Shown piece by piece: positions 19,969-31,280 of a DNA stretch of 64,000 nucleotides. Within the stretch, counting starts at the first letter, position 1; every line of letters begins with the position of its first letter. The notes beneath the pieces are model-generated. The model was not told the DNA's origin and ran no database searches. It was given only the letters and a program-made list of their open reading frames with translations. This DNA is from a virus (lineage: Duplodnaviria > Caudoviricetes), in IMG/VR virus record IMGVR_UViG_3300024249_000006, positions 2,880 through 66,879 of that record; one strand, 5' to 3'. The translations under genes and the position numbers were made by a program.

Positions 19969-22900
19969 ATGGCCAACGAAGAACAACTCCGCGACGACTA
20001 CACGCTCAACCTCCAGGCCGAGGACAACACGAGCGCGCCGGTCGATAAGGCGGCCGCGTCGCTCGATGGTTACGTCAAATCGGCTGAGAGCGCGGCTGCG
20101 GCGGTCACTGGGCTGGGTGGCACGGTCAAGACGGCCGCTGACCAGATCACTGCGGCCGGCGCCGCCTGGGACCGCGTAGCGCGGCGCAATGACGATGTCA
20201 CCGCCGCTGCCTACCGGCTGAAGAGCGCGCAGGAGGAGCTCACCCGCGTCCAGGCCCTGGCCGCCAGGGCGCTGGAGGCAGGCGGCGCCGACCAGGACGT
20301 CGTCAACCGTGTACTGGCGCAGCAGACCGAGAAGGTGCGGCAGCTGACTGCTGCGCTGATCGAGGTGCGCGCTGCGACCGAAGGTGCCGCCGAGGCGGCG
20401 GCGCTGTGGGAGACCAGGATCGAGCAGGGCGACGAGCTCCTCACCGGGCTGTCGGCGTCCGCAGCTGCTACCGCGGCCGCTTTCACCAAGGGATCCGCCG
20501 AGGCCGCCGTCTATGGCCAGTCGCTCGCCTCGCTGCGCGCGCAATTCGACAGCGTGTTCAAGGTCTCCCAGGCCTACGAAGCGGAGCTGGCGACGCTCAA
20601 CAAGGCGTTCGCCACCGGCGCGATCGAGGGGCCGGTGGCGCAGGCCAGGGCGTTGGATGATCTGAACGCGAAGTACGCCAGGATCACCGGCACTGCCGAC
20701 GCGCTGCTGGCGAAAAAACAGGCTGAGACCGATGCATCGGCCAAGCTGGTTGCGCAATACGCCGCTGAGCGCGCCTCGTTCGACAGCATCTATGCGGCAT
20801 CGAAGCAATACGAGGAGCAGTTCAACAAACTGACCGCGGCGCTGGAGGCGGGCCGCATCAACCAGGCGCAGTTCGACGTCTATCTCGACAAAGCCAACGC
20901 GACGATGGCAACCGCCTCGCGCACGGCACAGGCCTACAGCCAGTCGCACGGGCAGGCCGCATTCGCGACAAGGCAGCTCGGCGTGCAGACCGTGCAATTT
21001 TTCTCCTCGCTCGAGTCCGGCATCCCGTTCATGACGGCCCTCGTCGAGCAGGGTCACCAGCTCGTCGACGTGGCCCTGGCGACCGGCACCGGCTTCGAAG
21101 TGATCACGAACGCGATGAAGACGGCGTTCGGCGCAATCGCCTCGCCGCTCGGCGCAGCGATCACCAGCGTCACCATTCTCACAGCCGGCCTCGTGGCCAT
21201 GGCGTTCGCCACCGAGGGCGGCCAGAAGAATTTGCTGAGCCTGCAGCAGACGCTGCGCGCGACCAGGGACGATTACGCCAGCTTGGCGGGCGAAGTGAAC
21301 GCCGCTGCGAAGAACGTCGCGGCCAGCAGCACAATCTCCAGGCCGGATGCGCGTGCGGCAGGGGCAACGATCGCCGGGACATTCAACTTCGAAGGCACAC
21401 AGAAGGACATCGAGAGCCTCATCAAACTGTCGGGCGATCTGGCGGTTGTCTGGGGCACAACGGTTCCGGATGCCGCGAAGTTCCTGTCGAAGGCGATGGA
21501 AGATCCGGCCAAGGCCGCGCAGGAGCTCGCCGAAAAACACTTCCCCGGAATGAACGCCGCACTCGTGCGCAACATCGAGCGCATGCAGGACTCCGGCCAC
21601 GCCGCCGACGCCTACGCGCAAGTGCTCCGCGTGCTCGAGGGCGTGAACGGCGCTGCGGTTGATTCGATGACGCCGCTGCAAGCGGCATTGCATCGACTGG
21701 GCGAAGAGTTCTCCAGCACGAAGAATGCTGCCGACAGCGCCGTTGCGCCGGTGCAGGGCGGTCTTTCGCGGATCGCCACCAACACGCTGAACGCGGTGAG
21801 CAACGCGATCGACGCGCTGAAGGGGCCCGACCGCCCGGTCAATTCCATGCCGATGACGCCGTTTCAGATGTACGGCGGTACCCAGGCACAGGTGCAAGGT
21901 CCGGACTTCGGGCCCGACAGCTTCGGCGCGGGAGGCGGTGGCGCCGACCCAGGCAACCGCAACCTGCTGGCACAACAAGCTGCAGAGGCAGCGAAGGCCG
22001 TCGACGACTTCAATCGGGTGATGCAGAGGGCGAATGCCACGGTCAAAGACTCGCCGTTTGGCAAGCTCCAGGATGCCACCGACACCGCCAAGGCGCTCAG
22101 CGATGCGCTGGCGACGCTTGGTGATCGCACCGACGACAATGCCGCCAAGTTCGACACCCTGACGACGGCGCTCCAGATCACCCAGAAGTCCCTCGAGGAG
22201 GCGGAGAAGGCCGTCGCCCTGTATGGCGAAACGGCGACCGACAAGGCGGTCAAAGCAACCGAGGCGCAGGCGCAGGGGCAGCGGGACATCGCCGCCGCTT
22301 ATGCTGACGGCACTGATGCCGTCATCCAGGCCACGGCGTATGCGAAGGCCTACGAGGCCGCGCTGTCCGAAGGCCTGATCCCCGGCACTGACAAGTTCAC
22401 CGACGCCGTCATCCGGCTGACGGTGGCGAACGTCGACAATGCGCGCGCGGTCGGCGCGGTCAAGGCGGCTGAGGACTCGCGCAACATCGATGACCAGATC
22501 GAGCTCATCAAAGCCGAGACCGAGGCGATCCTCAACAACACCGCTGCGAACCGGGCGAACGTCCAGAGCATCAAAGACAAGCAGGCGGTCGATAAGCTGG
22601 GTGAAGCGGGTGCGTCACCCGACCTGCAAGCTCATGCACTGGCACAGAGGATCTCGCTCGATGCGGCCACTGCTGACAAGCAGTTGGCCACCTCGGCGGC
22701 GTCATTGGCCGATAAATACAAGCCCGCGGAGGTTGCGCAGCTCAACGAGAAGATCGGCGAATTCGCTGCCAAGCTGCGCGAGCTGGGGCCGCGCACTGAG
22801 GAAAACGCTGCGACCGTCGACAAGTATTCGAATGCGATCAAAGGCGCCGAGGCCGAGATCACCCGGCTGAACAAGACGCACGAGGTGCATCGCGCCGAGC

Positions 22901-25900
22901 TCGACAAGCAGCAGGACAAGGTGCTCGCGCAGATCGATGCGACGGACAAGCTGACCAAGGCCTACGGCGAGGGCGGCGAGGCCGTGACGTTGGTCACCGC
23001 GCAGCTGCAGGCGCAGGAGAAGGCGATCTCCGACAACCTCAAGCCGGGCACTGATAAATACAGAGCGGCAGTCGCGCTCCTGACAGATGAGTTCCTGCGC
23101 CTGGGCCAGTCGCAGGCAAATTTGAAGGCTGTGCAGGAAAGTAACGACATCAACCAGCAGATCAAGCTGGTGCAGGCTGAGACCGGCGCGCTGCTCGAAA
23201 ACGGCGATGCGCGCACGCTGATGCTGCAGCACATGAAGGACGAGTACGACGTCCGCAAGAACAACCTCGGGCTATCGAAGCCGGCACAGGACGCACTGAT
23301 CGCACAGAAGGATGCACTGGCTCAGCTCACGCTGGAGATGAACAACCAGAAGCAGACGGTCAGCTACCTGTCGCAGCAGTTCAGCAGCGCGTTCGATGCC
23401 ATCGGCACTGCCATTACACAAACGTTCGTGCAAGGCGGAGGCGCCGCCGTCAAATGGGGCAACGTGATGCAGGGCGTGTTGACGCAAGTCCTGCAGGCCT
23501 TCGGCCACCTTGCGATCCTCAACCCACTGATGAATGCACTGACGGGCGGCACCGCACCGACACTCAGCTCGGTGTTCTCTCTGCTCAGCGGCGGCGGCAC
23601 CAGCAGCGGTGCTGGCGGCGCGTTGTCGCTGGTGAGCGCAGGTGGCGGCCTGTTGCGTCTGGTCAGCAGCGGCGGCGGCGGTGAGGCCGCCTCTGGCGTC
23701 CCGGGCTTCGGCGGCGGTCTGAATCTCATCGGCACCCAGGCGACGGGCGTTGGAAGCATCCTGGCCGGCGGCGGCGCGTTTGGCGCGCTGGGGTCGCTCT
23801 ATGCATCCGGTGTGGGCCAGGGAAGGACGACCGGCAGCGCGGCTGGTGGCACCGACCTGCTCAGTATCGGCAGCGGCTTGCTCTCAATCGGCAAGGCGTT
23901 CTTCCCCGGCACGTTTGGCACCGGCACCGGCAGCCTGTTCGGCAATATCGGGCAGTCGCTCGGGTTGACCGGCCAGGGCGGTGCGCTGACCGGCATCACC
24001 AGCTTCCTCAACACGCCGATCTACTCCGCGGCGGGCGGCTTCTTCCCGACGTTCGCAAGCTCAGGCGTTTCGGCGGGCGAGGCGTCGTTCCTGAGCAGTG
24101 CTGGGATCTCGGCACCGACCGCTGGTGTAGCCGGTGCCAGTGCCGCGACGATTGGCAGTGTCATCGGCGGCGTCGGGGCTGGTTATGGCGTCGGCTCGAT
24201 CATCGGCAGCTACGAACAAAGAGCGCTCAACAAAACCGGCCCAGCGCCGCAGATCGGTGCTGCCCTCGGGGCGGGCATTGGCGTCGCCTCGGTGGCGCTG
24301 GCTCCTGAGACCTTCGGCGTCTCATTGCTCGTCGGTGGCTTGATCGGTGGCGCTCTTGGCGGCGCTGCCGGCGGGCTGATCGGGCCCAGGCCGCCGAGCG
24401 CATTCTCAAGCACGATGATCACCGTCGGGGACGACGGCCTGCTGAGGGTCGGCGGCACAGCATCCCAGCGGGTCGACGCATCCAGCGAGCGCGCCGGTGC
24501 CATCAGTGACGCGGCTGCGATCAACCAGATGCTGCAAGGGCGTGGTCTGAGGATCACCAGCCTCGAGGGCGCGAACACTGGCGCGCCGTATCTACAAATC
24601 GGCCAGAACACCCCGGGGGGATTTCAGGATCCAAGCAAGTATAGCTCGTTCGCCGCGGCCTTCCCGAGCCTGCGCTTCTCGTCACCCGACGCGCTCACCA
24701 ATCAGTTCATCCAGGGGCGCTTGTTCGCCTCGCCCGACGAGCTGCAGGGCGTCACCACATCGCTGGCGGATTTCGAGAACGCCCTCAAAGGCACCAAGGC
24801 CGAGTCCGATACCATGGGCATCGCGCTGCGTGCCCTGGCCGGTGTCACGAACACCGGCGTGCAGCCGGCGTTGCAAAAGGCGGCGACGTTCATCACGGCA
24901 ACCTTCCCCGCGCTGACGGCAGGCGCGCCTGGCTCGTTGGCGACCGCGCAGAGCCAAGTCCATTTCCAATATCAGGATGCACTGAACACCGCGCAGCAGC
25001 TCGGCTTCGGCTACGACGAGCTCGCGGCGGCACAGCAGAAGGCCTTCGACAAAAACAACAAGGCGGCGCAGGACGCGCTCGATGCATCGGCAGCGAGTGT
25101 GCAGAGCCGTTTCCTCACCGCGCAAGGCACGGTTTCCGGCAGCCCACAGGATGCGATGAACGCCCAGCTGTTCGCGTTCGACGCCAATGCCAAGCAAGCA
25201 CGGCAGCAGCTGTCCGACACGCTCACCGGCATCTTCGGCGATGCATATACGACGTCGGCGGACTACGCGCAGCGGATGGCGGACAACGACAAAGCCACCG
25301 CCGAGGAAAGGCTGGCGATCCAGGTCCAGTTCAACAAGCAGCAGCTGCAGATCCAACAGGCGAGCGATCAACAGCTCGCGGCACTGCAGGTCCGCTTTGC
25401 GACCAGTGTCGCTGCATTGAGCGGCGATCCACGGCAGATCCAAGCCGCCCAGGTGAACGCGTTGGGCGTCACGCAGGCGCAGGAGCGAGCCCAGTACATT
25501 CAAAGCGAGCAGCAAACCTACGGCGATCTGTTCGGCACCGCGGATCCGAACAACCTCGACAAGTGGATCGCGCTGCTCTCCTCGCAGAACAACGAGATGC
25601 AGCTGCTGCAGCAGCAAATCGCCAGGACGAACCTGCAGAATCAGATCGCCAGCGATCAGCAGAACCAGGGCTTCAGCGTGCGCTCCGCCAATGCCCAGGC
25701 AGCGCTCAACCCCGCCGTCGCCCCGCAGGCGGCGCGGTATGCGTTCGACGTGCAGGCGCAGCAGGAACAGCAGGCCCTGTACCTCAGCCTCACCGCGACC
25801 TATGGCAACGCCTATGCACAGACGCAGGAATACGCGGACAAGCTGCTGGCCCTGCAGAAGGTGCAAGGCGAGGAACGGTTGGTGCTCGAGCAGACGTTGC

Positions 25901-26919
25901 ACGACCGCCAGATGCAGCAGGACATCGCCAATCAGCAGCAGGATGCGAACCTGCGAACGCGCGTGCAAAATGCGCGGGCGCAACTCAGCGGCGCCCCAAC
26001 GACGATGGCGACTGCTGAGATAGACGCTTTGCGTGCGCAACAGCTCACCGAACGGCAGAGCTTCCAGGTCGGCCTGCTCTCGACCTTTGGCGATGCCTAT
26101 GCGTCCACGAAGGAATACTACGACAAGCTCGCGGCATTGAACGATGCGCAGGTTGCGGAGATGCAGCTGCTGCAGGCGCAGATCGATCGCGCCAGCCTCG
26201 AGCGCAACATCGCCAGCCAGCAGCAGGACCAGAGCTTCGCAACCCGCTACACCAATGCGGCCGCCCAGGTCAGCGGCAGCGTGTCCGATCAGAATGCGGC
26301 GGTGCTTGCGGCGTTCGATGCGCAGGCCCGGGCCGAGATTCAAAACCTGTACCTCAGCCTCACCGCGACCTATGGCGTGGCATACGCGCTGACGCAGGAC
26401 TACGCGAACAAGCTGACGGCACTGCAAAAGGCCCAAGGCGAGGAGCGTCTCGCACTGCAGAAGCAGCAGGACGATGCCCTGAAAAGCCAAGCCGTGGGCA
26501 CGATCTCTTCGCTCAATCAGTACGCCATCAGCCTGCAGACGGGCGACAAGTCGCCGCTGTCGCCCAAGGCGCAACTCGACTTGGCGCAACGCCAGTTCGA
26601 GACCCAGGCGCAGCTGGCATCACATGGGAATTACGCGGCCGTGCAAACCCTGCAGCAATACAGCGAGGCCTATCTCGCTGCAGCGCACACCGTGTTCGGA
26701 TCCGGCATGGATTATGTGCAGGCCTTCAGCAAGGTGATCAGCACCCTGGCGACAGTCGCGTCGCAATCGCCTGACGCGCTGACCGCATCGATCCTGCAGA
26801 CCGAGACGCGCACGCAAACCGCGATCCTGGTCGAGCAGCTGCAGGAGCTGCAGGACGAGGTGAAGCAGCTGCGCCTGCAGCTGGTGCAGGGCCAGACCGC
26901 GCCGGCGCGTGTCGGATGA
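19969..26919 (+). CDS. Tape measure protein (2316 aa)
   Basis: Ala/Gln-rich helical protein, GIPFMTALVEQGHQL TMP motif, Gly-rich hydrophobic centre, C-terminal repeats. Confidence 0.93.
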   Translation: MANEEQLRDDYTLNLQAEDNTSAPVDKAAASLDGYVKSAESAAAAVTGLGGTVKTAADQITAAGAAWDRVARRNDDVTAAAYRLKSAQEELTRVQALAARALEAGGADQDVVNRVLAQQTEKVRQLTAALIEVRAATEGAAEAAALWETRIEQGDELLTGLSASAAATAAAFTKGSAEAAVYGQSLASLRAQFDSVFKVSQAYEAELATLNKAFATGAIEGPVAQARALDDLNAKYARITGTADALLAKKQAETDASAKLVAQYAAERASFDSIYAASKQYEEQFNKLTAALEAGRINQAQFDVYLDKANATMATASRTAQAYSQSHGQAAFATRQLGVQTVQFFSSLESGIPFMTALVEQGHQLVDVALATGTGFEVITNAMKTAFGAIASPLGAAITSVTILTAGLVAMAFATEGGQKNLLSLQQTLRATRDDYASLAGEVNAAAKNVAASSTISRPDARAAGATIAGTFNFEGTQKDIESLIKLSGDLAVVWGTTVPDAAKFLSKAMEDPAKAAQELAEKHFPGMNAALVRNIERMQDSGHAADAYAQVLRVLEGVNGAAVDSMTPLQAALHRLGEEFSSTKNAADSAVAPVQGGLSRIATNTLNAVSNAIDALKGPDRPVNSMPMTPFQMYGGTQAQVQGPDFGPDSFGAGGGGADPGNRNLLAQQAAEAAKAVDDFNRVMQRANATVKDSPFGKLQDATDTAKALSDALATLGDRTDDNAAKFDTLTTALQITQKSLEEAEKAVALYGETATDKAVKATEAQAQGQRDIAAAYADGTDAVIQATAYAKAYEAALSEGLIPGTDKFTDAVIRLTVANVDNARAVGAVKAAEDSRNIDDQIELIKAETEAILNNTAANRANVQSIKDKQAVDKLGEAGASPDLQAHALAQRISLDAATADKQLATSAASLADKYKPAEVAQLNEKIGEFAAKLRELGPRTEENAATVDKYSNAIKGAEAEITRLNKTHEVHRAELDKQQDKVLAQIDATDKLTKAYGEGGEAVTLVTAQLQAQEKAISDNLKPGTDKYRAAVALLTDEFLRLGQSQANLKAVQESNDINQQIKLVQAETGALLENGDARTLMLQHMKDEYDVRKNNLGLSKPAQDALIAQKDALAQLTLEMNNQKQTVSYLSQQFSSAFDAIGTAITQTFVQGGGAAVKWGNVMQGVLTQVLQAFGHLAILNPLMNALTGGTAPTLSSVFSLLSGGGTSSGAGGALSLVSAGGGLLRLVSSGGGGEAASGVPGFGGGLNLIGTQATGVGSILAGGGAFGALGSLYASGVGQGRTTGSAAGGTDLLSIGSGLLSIGKAFFPGTFGTGTGSLFGNIGQSLGLTGQGGALTGITSFLNTPIYSAAGGFFPTFASSGVSAGEASFLSSAGISAPTAGVAGASAATIGSVIGGVGAGYGVGSIIGSYEQRALNKTGPAPQIGAALGAGIGVASVALAPETFGVSLLVGGLIGGALGGAAGGLIGPRPPSAFSSTMITVGDDGLLRVGGTASQRVDASSERAGAISDAAAINQMLQGRGLRITSLEGANTGAPYLQIGQNTPGGFQDPSKYSSFAAAFPSLRFSSPDALTNQFIQGRLFASPDELQGVTTSLADFENALKGTKAESDTMGIALRALAGVTNTGVQPALQKAATFITATFPALTAGAPGSLATAQSQVHFQYQDALNTAQQLGFGYDELAAAQQKAFDKNNKAAQDALDASAASVQSRFLTAQGTVSGSPQDAMNAQLFAFDANAKQARQQLSDTLTGIFGDAYTTSADYAQRMADNDKATAEERLAIQVQFNKQQLQIQQASDQQLAALQVRFATSVAALSGDPRQIQAAQVNALGVTQAQERAQYIQSEQQTYGDLFGTADPNNLDKWIALLSSQNNEMQLLQQQIARTNLQNQIASDQQNQGFSVRSANAQAALNPAVAPQAARYAFDVQAQQEQQALYLSLTATYGNAYAQTQEYADKLLALQKVQGEERLVLEQTLHDRQMQQDIANQQQDANLRTRVQNARAQLSGAPTTMATAEIDALRAQQLTERQSFQVGLLSTFGDAYASTKEYYDKLAALNDAQVAEMQLLQAQIDRASLERNIASQQQDQSFATRYTNAAAQVSGSVSDQNAAVLAAFDAQARAEIQNLYLSLTATYGVAYALTQDYANKLTALQKAQGEERLALQKQQDDALKSQAVGTISSLNQYAISLQTGDKSPLSPKAQLDLAQRQFETQAQLASHGNYAAVQTLQQYSEAYLAAAHTVFGSGMDYVQAFSKVISTLATVASQSPDALTASILQTETRTQTAILVEQLQELQDEVKQLRLQLVQGQTAPARVG

Positions 26920-29900
26920 CGGCCTACTTCTTCGCCATCGAGCAGGCGATCCGCCAGCCGAGTCCTGGCGGCATCAAGTTCGATCTCGGCCATGCCACGC
27001 GGCCGCACGGCGCGCTGTCGATGCTGGAGACTGTCTACACCGACAGCCAGATCCTGGCGTCCGACTCAGGCTACTGCACGCAGCCCTCCGATCCGGCGGG
27101 CCCAACGCCCTATCCGCCGCGCGTGCAGGAAGCCTTCGCGATCGATGCGATGGTGAACCTCGATCCCACAGCGAGCGCGGTCGGCGCGTCGTGGGGTGCG
27201 ATCAGGCTCGCCAACAACGACGGCAAATACGATCCGATCATCACCGGCGGCTGGATCGCCGATGGCCAGTCAACGCACATCCTCTACGGCACGAAGGAGC
27301 TGGAGAATTTCGACGGGTTCAGGACCGCGCGCAGCGCTGCGGCCACACGGCTCGATCGGACCAACACGCTGGCGCTGGCAGCACCCGGCGCGTTGCGCCA
27401 GGACTTTACCGGGGCACTGACGCTCGATCAGAACGCGACGAATTCGCTACGCAATTCGAGCGCAAACGGTGCAGTTCCGGGTACGATCGGTGCGGGTGGC
27501 GTCATGCCCGCGGGGTGGCAGACGACCGCTGTCGGCCTGACCATCGAGCTGTCCACCTATCGGACCGCGCTCGCCGGCGGCACCGCGACGGTGCTGCGCC
27601 TGCGCTATCACGGCACAACCAGCGCCACCTCGGGCACCCTGATCTACAGCAACGCCGGCGGGCTCTCCGGTCTCCCGGTCAATCAGCCTGTCGCGCAATC
27701 GGTCTCCATCGCGCGCGCCGCGGGGAGCTTCACTGGGGTCACACAGATAACGCACTATCTGGTGGCCGCCGATGCAACAGGTACGGCCATCGCAACGGCG
27801 CAGCCCAATTTCCTGCCGTCGATCACCACCAACCTGACGCGGGTGTCGCGCACCCTCAACCTGCCTGCGACCGGTGTCGTGCCGTTCTACACCGCAGCCG
27901 CAGGCATGGCGTTCTACTGGGCGAGCGGTGCCGCGATCGATTTCACCATCGACGTTGTTGCACCCCAGGTCGAGCTGGGCGCGGTGGCGACGCCGTTCAT
28001 CGCGTCCTCGGCCGGCGAAGTGACGCATGGCGATGCCACGGTGAACTACATCCCCCATGGCGATATGTCTGGCGCGGTAACAGGCACACCGGGCACGCTG
28101 CCGACCGGATGGAGTGTGAACCTCGGTACCGGCATTTCGCAGCAAGTGGTGGCGATTGGCACCGATGCGGGGACCGGTCTGAAGTACATCGATCTGCGAT
28201 TCTTCGGCACCACGGGCAGCACGCTCACCAACCTGCATTTCACCGGCGCGAACGCGATCGATGCCAACACCGGGCAGAAGTGGTGCATGAGCGTCTATGC
28301 CCTGCTCGCCGCAGGATCCCAGGCCGGGCTCACCTTCGCGGTCGGCGTGCAGGAAATGGATACGGGCGGCGCATTCCTGGTGTGGGATGCCGAAACGCAG
28401 AAACAGCTTGCGGTCGCCGCCATCGGCATCGGCCGCACCAGGCGCGTCGCGCCGATCACCACGGCCAATGCAGGCTGCCGTTATGTGCAGCCGTCGATGT
28501 GGTTCACCTACGCCAGCGGTGTCGCGATCGACTTCACCGTGCGGCTGATGGCGCCGCAGCTCGAGGGCGGCACGGTGGCAACCGCGGTCGTCCCCACGAC
28601 CACCGCAGCTGCAGGTCGGGCAGCAACCTACAGCGTCACCGGCACGCCGGTGCTGATGAACGAAGCTGCCGCGACCAACTATGTCCGCTCGACGCAGACA
28701 CCAGGGGTCGCCAACGTGACGGTGGCGGCATCGACCGATGTGCCTGCGATCTACTCGGGCGTGCCGGTGTGGAAACATACGCGCACAGCAACAGGCACCG
28801 ACACCAACACCGGTTCGTTTGGAGTGACCGCGCTGCCGTCAACCGGCGTGCATATTCGTGCCTCGATGTGGGCCTGGGTGCCGTCATCGCTGAACACGAA
28901 AAGCAACATCAGCATCAACATCGAGGGCAATGTCACCGCAGCGGTGAGCGGCCGCGCCGACACGACGCGTGTCGATCAGTGGCAGCGCATCACCGCGACC
29001 GCGACGCTCAACTCAGGCAGCACCACGACGAACATCGTCTTTCGCACCACCACGCAGCAGGCCGGGGACGTGCTCTACACGGCCGCGTGGCAGATGGAGC
29101 TCGATAGCGGCGCCCCCACGTCGTTCATCCCGCCAGCGACCGCCGCAGCCGTCCGCGACGCCGATCTGCTCTATACCGCGCGCAACATCCTGCTGGATCC
29201 GCCCTACGCATCGCTCATTCCGGCCTTCAACGGCGTCGCCGGCTCGATCACCTCCGACGACCAGGAAATGACCATCCCGCTGCGCGATGCCTCGTACTGG
29301 CTCGAGCGCCCGCTGCTGCGATCGACCTATGGTGGCAATGGCCAGTACGACGGCAGCGCCGCCCTGGCCGGAACGCTGAAGCCCCTCGTCATCGGCGCTG
29401 GCACGAAGACCGGGACGCCGGCCTTCCCCTTCTGGGACGGTCCGGTGAGCAACGTCACGCCGGTGCTGATCGATCCGGCGGCGTTGATCTACCAAGTGAA
29501 CGACGGCCCGATCGGCCGGATCGCAGGGTTCTATGAAGGCGGGCACGCAGGCGGCTGGCCGAACGCTGGCGATGTCGCTGACTTCTATGACGGCAGCTCG
29601 ACTCCTTCCGGGCAGTATCGGACCTGCCTCGCGCGTGGCTGCATCCAGCTGGGATCGCAGCCGACGTATGCCATCACGCTCGATGTCAACGGCCCGCCGA
29701 TCCAGGCGCCGGCGACCAGCCTCGCCGTCGCTTACTACGCCCTGACGCAGCTGTGTGGCGTGCCGACGAACCTCGTGGGGTTAACCGCCGGTGAGCTGAC
29801 CGCCATCGGTGCCACCGCACCGCTGCGCAATGGCTGCGGCCTGTTCCTCGGACCGCAGGACAATCCAAGCGGCGTCGATCTTTTGACGCGGATCCTCGCG

Positions 29901-30497
29901 CCGTTTGCGATGAAGCTGGTGTCCTGCCGCGATGGGATGCTGCGCGCGCTGGTGCTGGCCGCGCTGCCGGCGTCGCCAACCATCAAAGCGGTGCTCGATG
30001 ATCGCACGATCATCTCAATCACACCGATCGATCTGCCAGCCACCGTATCCCCAACGCCCTACAGGATGAGGGTCGGTTACAACGACAACTACACCATTCA
30101 GACGAGTGGCCTGTCGCCCCTCGCGCCGCCGGCCTGGGTGCAATACGTCGCCACCCCAAGCAGCGTGGCACAGGCGAATTCGCCCGTCCTCGCAAGTGCC
30201 ATCGCGCGGCCGAATGATCCGCCCGTCATCACCGGCAGCATCATCACCCATATCGACGGGTTCGGTGCGCTCGACGCGGCGACCCAGAGCGCGGCCCAGT
30301 ACATCGGATTGTGGGGTGTGCGACGACGGCTCTATGGCATCGCTGTGCCATTCACCGTCGGCGTCGCGCTCGAGTATGGCGACGTGGTGTCGATCACCAC
30401 TGAGATCGGTGACCTGTCAGGCACCGTGCTCGGTCAAGTCGTCGGCTACAGCTACCGCAGCGAAGACGCTTCGATCGTGCTGAGGATCCTCACATGA
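26916..30497 (+). CDS. Tail tip/hub protein with inserted carbohydrate-binding-like modules
   Basis: N- and C-terminal tip regions (IRLANNDGKYD; LKPLVIG; LEYGDVVSI) interrupted by three modules ending PQVELG, PQLEGG, WQMELDSG. Confidence 0.75.
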   Translation: MTAYFFAIEQAIRQPSPGGIKFDLGHATRPHGALSMLETVYTDSQILASDSGYCTQPSDPAGPTPYPPRVQEAFAIDAMVNLDPTASAVGASWGAIRLANNDGKYDPIITGGWIADGQSTHILYGTKELENFDGFRTARSAAATRLDRTNTLALAAPGALRQDFTGALTLDQNATNSLRNSSANGAVPGTIGAGGVMPAGWQTTAVGLTIELSTYRTALAGGTATVLRLRYHGTTSATSGTLIYSNAGGLSGLPVNQPVAQSVSIARAAGSFTGVTQITHYLVAADATGTAIATAQPNFLPSITTNLTRVSRTLNLPATGVVPFYTAAAGMAFYWASGAAIDFTIDVVAPQVELGAVATPFIASSAGEVTHGDATVNYIPHGDMSGAVTGTPGTLPTGWSVNLGTGISQQVVAIGTDAGTGLKYIDLRFFGTTGSTLTNLHFTGANAIDANTGQKWCMSVYALLAAGSQAGLTFAVGVQEMDTGGAFLVWDAETQKQLAVAAIGIGRTRRVAPITTANAGCRYVQPSMWFTYASGVAIDFTVRLMAPQLEGGTVATAVVPTTTAAAGRAATYSVTGTPVLMNEAAATNYVRSTQTPGVANVTVAASTDVPAIYSGVPVWKHTRTATGTDTNTGSFGVTALPSTGVHIRASMWAWVPSSLNTKSNISINIEGNVTAAVSGRADTTRVDQWQRITATATLNSGSTTTNIVFRTTTQQAGDVLYTAAWQMELDSGAPTSFIPPATAAAVRDADLLYTARNILLDPPYASLIPAFNGVAGSITSDDQEMTIPLRDASYWLERPLLRSTYGGNGQYDGSAALAGTLKPLVIGAGTKTGTPAFPFWDGPVSNVTPVLIDPAALIYQVNDGPIGRIAGFYEGGHAGGWPNAGDVADFYDGSSTPSGQYRTCLARGCIQLGSQPTYAITLDVNGPPIQAPATSLAVAYYALTQLCGVPTNLVGLTAGELTAIGATAPLRNGCGLFLGPQDNPSGVDLLTRILAPFAMKLVSCRDGMLRALVLAALPASPTIKAVLDDRTIISITPIDLPATVSPTPYRMRVGYNDNYTIQTSGLSPLAPPAWVQYVATPSSVAQANSPVLASAIARPNDPPVITGSIITHIDGFGALDAATQSAAQYIGLWGVRRRLYGIAVPFTVGVALEYGDVVSITTEIGDLSGTVLGQVVGYSYRSEDASIVLRILT

Positions 30498-31270
30498 GCG
30501 GCCCATTGCTCGGCTACATCAACTTCGTAAAGAGCGGCACGGTGACGGCGAACAATGCCGCGGCCAATTTTCCGGTGACCAACCTGCAGAACGATTCCGG
30601 CCACGCGGCCGATGGCTGGCAGACCACGATCAAGACCGGCATTCTATTGACCATCACGTCAGCGCTGGGGCTGCAGCCTTACCGCCTGATCGGCCTGTTC
30701 CGCTCCAACATGACCTCGGCCGCCGTGCTGGTGTTCACTGTCTACACGAACCCATCGACAGTGGTCTGGACTGCCACGGTCGGCGGCCCAGTGAATGGCA
30801 GCGGTCAGGTCGTGGTCGACACCGGCGGCGTCATCGGTGACTACGCCACCGTCCTCATCAACGACGCGGGCAACCCCCAGCCGTACGTCAACGTGGCATT
30901 GGCCTACGCTGGGCCCGCCTGGAGCCCGCTCTCCAATTTCTCGCTGGCCACCAGCTACGGCCGTGACGTCACCACCGATGAAATGATCTCGCACGGCGGC
31001 CAGGAATACCCGGTCTATCGGTACCAGCGGCGTCGCTGGGATCTCGACATGCAGGGCGTCCGCACCTCGAGCGAGCTGTGGCCGATCCTCGATGCGATGA
31101 TGCGCATCGCCGCACCCGGCGCGAACATTCTCGTGGTGCCCGACTTTGGCTCGGCCGACATGACGACCGAGGCATCATTCGGTCGCATCAAACAGACGGC
31201 GGATGTCAAATACCCGTTGGGCACTGCCGATCGCCGTTCCTGGTCAGGCCAGCACACCGAACGGGTCTGA
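30494..31270 (+). CDS. Distal tail/tip protein
   Basis: Coupled to upstream gene; FPVTNLQND start and RRWDLDM motif. Confidence 0.65.
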   Translation: MSGPLLGYINFVKSGTVTANNAAANFPVTNLQNDSGHAADGWQTTIKTGILLTITSALGLQPYRLIGLFRSNMTSAAVLVFTVYTNPSTVVWTATVGGPVNGSGQVVVDTGGVIGDYATVLINDAGNPQPYVNVALAYAGPAWSPLSNFSLATSYGRDVTTDEMISHGGQEYPVYRYQRRRWDLDMQGVRTSSELWPILDAMMRIAAPGANILVVPDFGSADMTTEASFGRIKQTADVKYPLGTADRRSWSGQHTERV

Positions 31271-31280
31271 GCGAGGTATC

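Noticed and set aside
19828-26589. Long antisense ORFs (716 aa, 635 aa; also 15824..17623, 1994..3328, 4365..5675, 5736..7127)
   Set aside because: Shadow frames of GC-rich real genes with no motifs.
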